A stretch of 35,228 nucleotides of DNA from Thelocarpon superellum (taxonomy: Eukaryota), in the NCBI GenBank assembly GCA_026025795.1, contig JAPEUG010000162.1, positions 1 through 35,228 on the forward strand, in the 5' to 3' direction. Shown in pieces: positions 22,543 to 32,062 of the stretch. The position numbers and the translations under genes are program-made. Position 1 is the stretch's first letter. Each line of letters starts with the position of its first letter. The notes beneath the pieces are model-generated. The model had not been told where the DNA came from. It saw only the letters and a program-made list of their open reading frames with translations, and ran no database searches.

Positions 22543-22566
22543 GGGATTGGGATTGGGATTGGGATT
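22543..22566 (+). repeat. (GGGATT)4 tandem repeat with G-quadruplex-forming pattern
   Basis: gggattgggattgggattgggatt read directly. Confidence 0.9.
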
Positions 22567-22595
22567 TTCTCTGTACTTGATGTTTCAACTCCATC

Positions 22596-24968
22596 TCACT
22601 GGTTCGAAGTTGGAAAGAGCCTCGAGCCTGTCTTGACCTCCTTCAGGATCCCCTGACGATCGAGACCCTTCAAGATGTCAAAGAGAACCAGGTCCTAACA
22701 CGCCTGATCAGCAGAGTAACCACGCAAGTGAGCACAGGCAATTCGCACGTACGTGTCCTTTTCGCCCGATTATGCTCAGCGAAACGGGCAAGAAGGCCTC
22801 TCGTTCCGTGATACGAGACATATATGGTACTTCCCCAATGGGTACTGTGTAGTCTGGACAGCCACCCAAGTATCCAAAGGAGTATAAGGAGAATTTGTCC
22901 CAGAAGACCGTACTTCTTCACATCTATGAGCTTTTGCCAGGAAGAGGTAGCAAGGGCAGCCAGTGCGGAGGGATGACACTCACCGTCCATACGAGTCTCG
23001 GTAGTTGGGGATACCAAAACTCTGGGGAAATAGGAGGAGGGGAATCTCATCGGGATCGGCGCTTGTGAGCAGCACCTCGTTCACCCATTTGGAGAAAGAG
23101 GTGCCGCATCGGACGGCGGCATCGAAGGTTTCTTCCGTCTGCTCGCGGCCAAACTGTTGGCGTTCACGTATCACTGGTTCGATAAAAGGAGACCGGTTGT
23201 CGTTCTGCTTGCGATACTCCCTGATGAAGGGGTCTATGACTTGCCGCACAGAGGTGTATGTTGTCATGATCGAATAGATCTAGAAAGGTGTCAGATGAGC
23301 CTCATCATCGAGGACGGGAGCAAGCATGTCCAAGTCGACAAGCTGGCTGGCCGCAGGATATCTTACCTTGCCAATAGCCTCATCCAGTGATCCAGATTCT
23401 CTTTCTGGCTTGGTCTTAGCCCAGAGCTCGTCTACGTCGAATAAGTGTCTGGTACAGCCCAGATGATATTCCATCCTTGATATTGTATCCTCCAACATCT
23501 TCGCGGCGAGGGTTGACGGGCCGGGCGATCCAGGATGACGGAACCACTGTGGTGATCCGGACGTCGTGGCCTCGGATGAGCGTAACATACACAAGAGCCG
23601 ATAACGGGGAATGGACGGCTTGGCAGGGACATAGCTCGGAGACATCATGAGCCGACCGACTTGTCCAAGAAGGCTGGCGCTCCTGGTGAAGAGGCCAATG
23701 GTATCCATAAGAGAGGTTACTTGGAAGGCGCCAACCGTACTGGTGAACGTCAACGAGGGTCGACAGCCATACACGCCATTGACACCCGCAGGATGGCGTC
23801 TAAGGAGAGGTCGTCAGTATGTATCTCCCAACGCTCATCAATGCCCCGTGGTAGCCACGTACATAGATCCGCCTGTGTCGGTACCGATCGTGAAATCAAG
23901 CCACGGGTATGCGGCGACGGCGGCGGCACTGCCTGTACTCGATGACGATGGTTTCTGAAAGCCGTCTCCTCGAGGATTAAATGGGCATTGGTACTCGATC
24001 CTCCAGGATAACGAGTGTTAGACTGGTTTCCGCTTCAAGGAGAGCGCCCGCTCACCACTCGGAAGGCTCCGATCCCTCGGCGAACTGCGAGGTTTTCGTC
24101 TTGCCAATGAGGACGGCACCCAGCTCGAGAAGCTGCACCACAACTTCCGCTGTCGTAGATTTGGGGGCGTACAGATCAGTCCACGCGCGGTTACCAGCTC
24201 CAGTCTTGCATCCCTTGATATCCAGTAGGTCTTTGACGGCAAAGCGACACTTGCCCCAATGTTAGATATGACTACAGCCAGACGCAGCTGGAGCATACCC
24301 CGGCCAGCGGCTTGTCTGGTGAAGATGGATGGTACAGCCTTGAAGGGACTGCGATACGGTCCTGGTACGTCAGCCACATAAACGATCCTTATGAGAAAGG
24401 ATCAATCACTGCCGCCAATTCCCTAAACGCTCCATCAACGCCGCAAGAACGAACAAGTCCATATATGAACGCGTCGTGCGTATCCGAGTACAGTCTCGAC
24501 ACTTGATGGACTCCACCGGTCCAGCGGTGCACCACGTAAGGGCCTGCCGGAGGAGACATGTCATCGCTTAGGTAGAAAAGAATAGAGAATCTCTCCTGCT
24601 CGAGCTGCTTTTCGGCGTGGGACTTTGGAATCACTAGACCTGCTACGATTGTGAGCCTCTTGCCGTGAGGACAGCATCCGTGTCCAAGTAGGCTGAGGGT
24701 CCATACCATTGAGGAAATCCCGACACCAGACGTCATCTTGTGCCTCAATCTCCTTGTACCACTTCTCGAGCTCTGCGTCACAGGAAAAATGTGATCGAGT
24801 GGGTAACACTGTAACCGGTACGTAATCCTTTTTCGTACCAAGAGATGCGAGACCTTCTGGGTTCACGGTGGCAACGGTCTCAGAGGAGATCAGATATGTC
24901 ACGTCCCCCACAGTGAGCTGGCAGGACAGCTCATTGGTAGACGTGTCGAGAGTCCCAAACGCTTTCAT
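22596..24968 (-). CDS. Amidase-signature (AS) family enzyme, 9 exons, ~625 aa
   Basis: Exons 24968-24707, 24639-24410, 24361-24299, 24249-24056, 24000-23863, 23799-23367, 23279-22984, 22915-22753 and 22694-22596 sum to 1878 nt in frame. Motifs [24 protein letters not shown] (catalytic Lys), [37 protein letters not shown] (Ser nucleophile). Confidence 0.85.
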
Positions 24969-25666
24969 GTTGGATAGGAAATTGGCATGAATGGCCAGCC
25001 AGAGCGGTTCTCAGACCCTTCTGGTGTTGATGAGGACCGGCAGCATGCCGCTCGGACGATTTGTGGCGCCACCGTGCACAGCCACAACTCGTCCGTGCCT
25101 CACGCACCACTCGTGCTGATTTACTACATGAGCACGAACACACGAGAAGTTGACGTCGTCGGTGTCCCGCCCATAGGACGAGCGCTAAAGCACAGACCAT
25201 CGCTCAGGGACCACAGAACACGGAACTATGGTACCAACATTCAAAACCATCCACCAAAACCTTCCGATCGAAGAGCGTAATGATGGCAGATGGGAGATCC
25301 GTAGCCTGGTGTCCAATCATATCTCATGCCATCCCGCAACCTTTCGGAGGTCCTTACCCGCTCTCTTGCCGAGCCCTACTGTAGCCTATCACGGTGTTCC
25401 TGCCCCCACTCTGGCAGCGATCACACCAATCATCGCGGCCGACGCGCCGCCCGCAGCTGCCATGATAGTGCCCTATCCACTATCATGAGGCGGCCACCGT
25501 TGCCAAGGTAGCGACTCTCGTGCACAGCCGCTTGGCCATCTTTGGCTGCCCTGGCCAGCACTTCACCGGTCAGCCTTGCGGGTTGGATGTCCGCCTGAAC
25601 ATGCGGTCGCGCTCGGGTTCAAATTGACCGCTGCTCGTTACTGTCTGGGGTTTTCAAGCAGCGGCC

Positions 25667-27445
25667 ATGTCCATCGAGCACAGCAACATCTGGTTCCATG
25701 CCGCCAGGGCGGCCTTGGTCCACAATGAGAGGTACTATGCCGACTCTTCAGAGATTGGTCTCTATGAGGTGGCTGGCGGAGAAGCCAGTACGTCGACGTC
25801 TGCGGGTACCGTCAATGTCTCCGGGACCGACTGACCTTGCTCAGCCTTTCGACCAAGGCTCCAAAATGGCGAGATTCAATCATGGCTAGAGGTACGGAGG
25901 GAATAGGTTACACTCTCTTATCACCACTCGCTGTGCTAACGATCTCGGCCAGTCCCTCAAGGCCCCGTCCAGCGCTCCGCCTGTCCAGTTCCGCGTCATG
26001 TACAGCCAGATGATCCTCTCCCCGTTTCCCACCGTTCTAATCCGCTCAGATTTATTAATCCAGCCGATGGCGACACCGACCGGATCAACGTCACGGCGGC
26101 TCTGTTCGAGGACCTCGTTGCAGCCTTTGGTTTGTCTCCTCGCTTCGTCAACATGATCACCAGGCAGCATACTCCTTCAAGATCGCTGCGTTATGATGCC
26201 TCCAAGCATGAGTGTTATCACGGTACGGCGGCCGCAGTCAAGCCGGCGTTGGCATACTGACCAGCACTAGAATTCTGGTATTCGGCCATCATACGCACCT
26301 GCTCGCTGGACGTCAAAGGTGACCTGTCGAAGCGCGTCATGGGCTGGAGTCGTGTCTGCGTCTGGGCTGGCCACGACCTGAACAAATTCACCAACACCAT
26401 CATCGCCCTGCGCATCCCCGATGACCTGCAGCGAAAGCTAGTGGACGACTTTCGTGGCCCCCAGGGATCGTTGATCCAAAGTCACCCCATGTTCTTTCAC
26501 GCCATCGTGATGCAAGACATTGCCTTCAAGACATATGACTTTCTCGAGGTCATGTCTGCTCCTGTCTATACCTGGGTAACAAGGACTCGATTGGCGACTC
26601 CGGGGAGCACCACTGACGGCCGTCGTAGGAGAATTACACCAACCGACACAGCGATCAAGAAGCCTTTTCGCGCCGCAGCCAGGCCTTCCTGGAGCTTTCG
26701 AGACAGATCACACAGGTCGCCACGGACTACGATATCCTGACCTGCTCGCTGCGGCGGATCCAACAAGAGCATCTCTGGCTCGAGCGGCGCTGGAAACCTC
26801 TCCACGACGATCACTCGACGGCGCTCTGGAGGCAGAACAACGAGTTTGTCACGGACATGTTCCGCTTCTTCCTCGAAGAGACACAGCTGTGCCGCATGTA
26901 TGGCAAGCTATACGAGGAACGGTCCAAGATTGGAATCAACGAGGTGCGACGGCCAGCATGCCACTTGCTGCCCCTGCTGACGGGACATCACTAGGGGTTC
27001 GCCATGCTCGGACAAAAGGACGCGGAGCTCAACCTGCGCATGGCGGCGGAGAGTACCGACATTGCGCGTGCCACCAGGGCGGATAGCCAGTCTCTACGGG
27101 TGCTCCAGATCCTCGGGGTCATCTTCCTTCCAGCCTCGGTCGTCAGCGTGAGTCACTCCTGCTGGTCCGTCACCCAGGTCCGCGCGGTCGGCCGTTAACG
27201 CGGCGCCACAGAGCATCTTTGGCATGAGCTTCTTCTCGTCGCAGCCAGACGCGTCGGGCGGCGTCACGTTCCAAGTCAGCGAGAAGTGGTGGTACTTTCT
27301 CGTCGTTGCCGTCCCGTTGAGCGCGATCACGTTCGTAGCCATCTGGCTGTGGAATGCGTTGCAACAAATGCCCACCGTGTTCCGCGAACCGAACCAGAGT
27401 ATGCAGTCGGACGAGGAGAAGCTGGCGCTGCCTAGCATCAGTTGA
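25667..27445 (+). CDS. CorA-like 2-TM membrane protein (fungal CorA-like family), 8 exons, ~464 aa
   Basis: Exons 25667-25787, 25845-25891, 25953-25999, 26050-26222, 26271-26575, 26629-26943, 26995-27147 and 27212-27445 sum to 1395 nt in frame, with branch points before the acceptors. C-terminus: helical stalk, DSQSLRVLQILGVIFLPASVVSSIFGMSFF, loop, WWYFLVVAVPLSAITFVAIWLW. Confidence 0.75.
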
Positions 27446-28101
27446 ATGGGCACATGAAGATATGATGCGAAGGCACAGATGCATTTGCAGATGAGACACA
27501 TGATCATGATCTTGACCAGCGAATATGACTGCGTCTTGGCATTCATGTCGGGTGCCGCAACGAGGGATCGAAGCCACTTCGCTCGTCGTCCTGTTTGTCC
27601 TCCCGATTAGATCTCCACTGACATCACCGACAACGATGGCTCGCCGTCGTCATGGCAAGGATGTGCAGAGTAGAGCACCTAGTACGTTCAAGTAGAGCGG
27701 CGTCGTGGTCTGGATTAGATGGGGCGAGGAAGGGTCTTGTCGACATGTACATGAACCTTTACCGTATGAGAGGCTGGCCTGAGTGTGCCCTACATGGACG
27801 CGGAGGCATGCATTTGCAGCATCCCCAACTATCCGACGCTCCACCTGCGTACTGACGCACCCCGGTTATTCCACTGGAGATGGGTGGTTTATTCTACAGA
27901 AGCTATCCATTGTTCTAATATACAGCTATTGTGGGTCATGTGAGGCGGCTTACTCAGAAGCCTCGAGCTCCCGTATAGAGCCTCCACAGTACGAGCGATC
28001 ACCCGTCGACATGGACAGGTGGTGTGGTGTGACCTGGGGTACACGGGGCCCCTCACGGCGCATTGAGCCACTCGGGCGTCGGCTGTCGATCGAGACTTTT
28101 G

Positions 28102-28170
28102 ATTGGCGCGACGCGAAACCACTTTAAGTCCTGACGCGTTGGACGCGACCCGCACCTTCCGGCGACGCGT
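28102..28170 (+). promoter_or_regulatory. Cluster of MCB/SCB-like cell-cycle elements upstream of MCM4
   Basis: ACGCGAAA at 28111, ACGCGT at 28134, ACGCGA at 28143 and ACGCGT at 28165, ~115-175 bp upstream of the ATG. Confidence 0.6.
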
Positions 28171-28285
28171 CTTCCTTTCAATTGCCGCCCTCCATCTGCC
28201 CTCTCCATCTCCCTACCTGTCTCCAGCACAGTGCAGGAGCTGCTCTTTCCAGCATCTCCCGCGATCGTCTCGACACCCCGGCATC

Positions 28286-31200
28286 ATGTCCACTCCCGGC
28301 TCACGCCGCTCGCAGCGGTCGTCCCAGGCCAATACGCCCCGACGCATCGCCGCCCGCAACTCACAGCAACCCCGGAGCAGCCCCCCGCCGGCCGAGCCAA
28401 ATGCGACCATGAGTCGTCCCCCGCAGCCCGACACGGCGTCGTCGCCGCTGTTCTTTCGCTCGTCGCCTGTGCCTGCGGCCGCTCCAGGGCCAATGGACGT
28501 CAGCTCGCCCATTCACTACGCCTCCACCACGCCCGACGCCGACGGGACCCCGCGCGCCAACGGACAAGCCATTGGGGGTAAGCTCCCCGGAGCTCCACAG
28601 CACGACCTTCCTCCATCGAGAATGATGGCTGAACTCCTTTAGATTCCTCCCCCCTACGATATGCGTCGAGCTCGAGTCCGGCTCGCGTGGCCAAGGGACC
28701 TGCGCCGCCCACGTCCAACCACCCAGGGAGCAGCAGTAGTGCGCTGTTCGTCCGGTCCTCGCGCAACGCTCTTCCCGGAAGCTCTTTGCCCAGTGTCAAC
28801 CGGCGGGGCGACATCCATTCCGACCTCACCACACCCAACCGCCGGCGTCTCTTCGTCGATGAGAACGGCAACCCCGTCCGCGGCGACCCGGCCGACTCGG
28901 ATGCCCCCACCTTTTCACAGCTCGACCCCAATACGTCCGACGCGCGCCTGCTCGGGGGGGACTCGACCCGGGTCATCTGGGGCACGAACGTCTCCATTCA
29001 AGATACCATGTCATCCTTCCGCAACTTCCTGACCAACTACACCCGCAAGTATCGTATGTGGGCCGACGGCGCCAGCGAGGCCGAGACCCAGGAGCTCGGC
29101 GGGCTCGCAAACCAGAAGGAGTACCTGGAGATGTTACGCAACATGCGTCGACTCGGGGTCACTGGCCTGAACCTCGACGTGCGCAACCTCAAGGCCTACC
29201 CGGCCACGTTGAAGCTGTGGCATCAGCTGCAGGCCTACCCGCAAGAAGTCGTGCCGTTGATCGATCAAACGATCAAGGACGTGATGATCGATGAGGCCGA
29301 GAAGGAGGTGGGGCACCGGCGTCCCATGACCAACGGCACCGCGCACACCAATGACGCCACCCCGGCCAGCCAACGCGACGACGACGTCGTCGCCGAGGTG
29401 GAGTCGCGTGCGTATCGCGTGCGGCCGTTCGGGCTGGATCGCTCCATCAACCTGCGCGACTTGAATCCGAACGACATGGACAAGATGATCAGCATCAAGG
29501 GCCTCGTCATCCGCACCACGCCCATCATCCCAGACATGAAGAAGGCCTTCTTCCGCTGCTCGCTCTGCAACCACACGGTCGAGGTGGACATTGACCGCGG
29601 CAAGATCCCCGAGCCGACGGAATGCCCGCGCATGATGTGCAAGGAACCCAACTCGATGCAGATCGTGCACAATCGCTCCAGCTTCGCGGACAAGCAGGTC
29701 ATCAAGCTCCAGGAGACGCCGGACCACGTGCCGGACGGCCAGACGCCCCACTCCGTCTCGCTCTGCGCCTACGACGAGCTGGTGGACGTGTGCAAGGCCG
29801 GCGATCGCGTCGAGGTCACGGGCATCTTCCGCAGCAATCCGGTGCGGATCAATCCGCGACAGCGCACGATCAAGAGCCTGTTCAAGACCTACGTCGACGT
29901 GCTGCACATCCAAAAGGTCGACAAGCGCCGCCTGGGCATCGACGTCTCCACCTTGGAGCAGGAGGTGTCGGAACAGGTCAGCGCCGACATCGAGGAGACG
30001 CGCAAGGTGTCGGAGGCGGAGGAGGCCAAGATTCGCACGACGGCGGCCCGACCGGACGTGTACGCGCTCCTGTCGCGCTCGCTGGCGCCCAGCATCTACG
30101 AGATGGACGACGTCAAGAAGGGCATCTTGCTGCAGCTCTTCGGCGGGACCAACAAGTCGTTCGAGAAGGGCGGGAGCCCGAAATACCGTGGCGACATCAA
30201 CGTCCTGCTGTGCGGCGACCCGTCGACGTCCAAGTCACAGTTGCTGCAGTATGTGCACAAGATCGCGCCCCGCGGCGTCTACACGAGCGGGAAGGGATCA
30301 TCGGCCGTGGGCTTGACGGCGTACGTGACGCGCGACCCCGAGACGCGGCAGCTGGTGCTCGAGTCCGGTGCGTTGGTGCTGTCGGACGGCGGGGTGTGCT
30401 GCATCGATGAGTTCGACAAGATGTCCGACTCGACGCGCTCCGTCTTGCACGAGGTCATGGAGCAGCAGACGGTGTCCATCGCCAAGGCGGGCATCATCAC
30501 GACGCTCAACGCCCGTACAAGCATCCTGGCCTCGGCCAACCCGATCGGGAGCAAGTACAACATCAACCTGCCCGTGCCGCAGAACATCGACCTGCCGCCG
30601 ACACTGCTCTCGCGCTTCGACCTTGTCTACCTCGTGCTCGACCGCATCGACGAGCAGAATGACCGACGCCTCGCCCGGCATTTGGTCGGCATGTATCTCG
30701 AGGACACGCCTGAGAACGGTGCGGGGGATCAGGAGATTCTGGTGCGCAAGCTCTCATCTTCCATGGAACGTAACACGTCGCGTACTGACATTGCTGGCAG
30801 CCAATCGAGTTTCTGACGTCGTACATCTCCTATGCGCGATCCACGTGTCAGCCGCGGATCACGCAGGCAGCCTCCGAAGAGCTGGTGCGCGCCTACGTCG
30901 AGATGCGCAAGCTCGGCGAGGACGTGCGTGCGGCGGAGCGGCGGATCACGGCGACGACGCGTCAGCTGGAGTCGATGATCCGGCTGTCGGAAGCGCACGC
31001 CAAGATGCGGCTGTCGGAGGAGGTCACGGCCACCGACGTGCGTGAGGCAGTGCGGCTGATCCGCTCCGCGCTGAAGCAGGCCGCCACCGATGCCCGCACG
31101 GGCTTGATCGACATGAGCCTGTTGACCGAGGGCACGAGCGCCAGCGAGCGTCGACGACGGCAGGATCTGAAGAACGCCCTGCTGGGCCTGCTCGACGAGA

Positions 31201-31385
31201 TGACGACGCAGGGAGGCGCGGCCCGATACGCCGAGGTGTTGCGGCGCATCAGCGAGCAGAGCAGCGCGCCGGTGGAGGGCCAAGAGGTTGTCGAGGCGTT
31301 GGGCTCGCTCGAACAGGAGGGCAAGGTCACGGTGACGGGGGATGGTCCCCGCCGCAGCATCCGACGAGTCACGGGAAATCGGTAG
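28286..31385 (+). CDS. MCM4: DNA replication licensing factor Mcm4 (Cdc54/Cdc21), 3 exons, ~991 aa
   Basis: Exons 28286-28577, 28643-30741 and 30801-31385. S/T-P-rich N-terminus, VIWGTNVS, Zn finger CSLC..CPRMMC, Mcm4-type Walker A GDPSTSKS, IDEFDKM, arginine finger SRFD, TTRQLESMIRLSEAHA. Confidence 0.96.
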
Positions 31386-32062
31386 TCGGTCGCTTACGTG
31401 GGAACGAGGTGGACTTGCACGAGGATGGGTCGATAGAGGCGTCTGTGTCGTGTTGGATGGTGACGTGGGGTCGTACCTCGAAGCTACTTGCTCCGTACAT
31501 TGTCTTAATCCAGGCATTCGGCTGCCATTCATGCCTCACACGTCGATGATCAAGTCGCCCATTCCGGTTGCAGGCGTGTGTCGACATCTGACGAGGATTG
31601 GTCGAACCATTCGAGTCGATCTCGCCACAGGCTGAGCTGCAGCAGTCTGTCCGGGCGCTAGCCTGCGCTGCAGGCCCTAAACTCTGCCTGCAGAATGAAA
31701 GTACGCGAGCCACCACGCAGCTCGGCCAGCACGATGATTGGTCAATGGCACTTCCCTCAACGGCGAACATTCTTGGCCTCGTACGACTCGGAAGTAGTGT
31801 AGTTACTCGTGGTTCCAGGAGATCGGGTGGGGTCAAGGGTGGTCCAGTGCGGGTAGGTCGGTGGGAGCATGGAACGACGGACAGAGCCGCACACCACGCT
31901 CCAAATGGCCCTCACGTAGTTCCGCATCCCGGCATCTCATCACGTCGACGCCAGGCGACACGGCAATTCGAGCGAGCGTTGCCTCGCTCCAGGTGAAGCC
32001 GGATCAAGTGCCGCCGCCCGGCCGTCCAGCGGGGGGCTCACGTCGCCGCTCACGCCGCCGCC

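Noticed and set aside
22543..22566. Interstitial telomere repeat
   Set aside because: The unit is GGGATT, which is not a permutation of TTAGGG/CCCTAA on either strand.
22497..22580. Stop-codon read-through giving a peroxisomal PTS1 on ALDH (hexokinase also checked)
   Set aside because: No TGA-CTA context, and the extensions do not end in an SKL-like tripeptide.
18553..24968. Sirtuin + amidase as a nicotinamide-salvage pair
   Set aside because: Nicotinamidase Pnc1 belongs to the isochorismatase family, not the amidase-signature family; the sirtuin looks like an ordinary Hst2 ortholog.
22596..24968. Amidase as a fragmented pseudogene
   Set aside because: All fragments join in frame through 8 GT-AG introns and the catalytic residues are intact.
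25603..25631. GGTTCAAAT B-box-like sequence inside a GCGGTC/GACCGC hairpin
   Set aside because: No T-stem pairing or cloverleaf, so not a tRNA; it lies just upstream of the CorA-like ATG.
31386..32062. Pho4/NUC-1 sites upstream of VTC4
   Set aside because: Only CACGTA/CACGTC variants are seen; the perfect CACGTG nearby (34791) is downstream of the gene.
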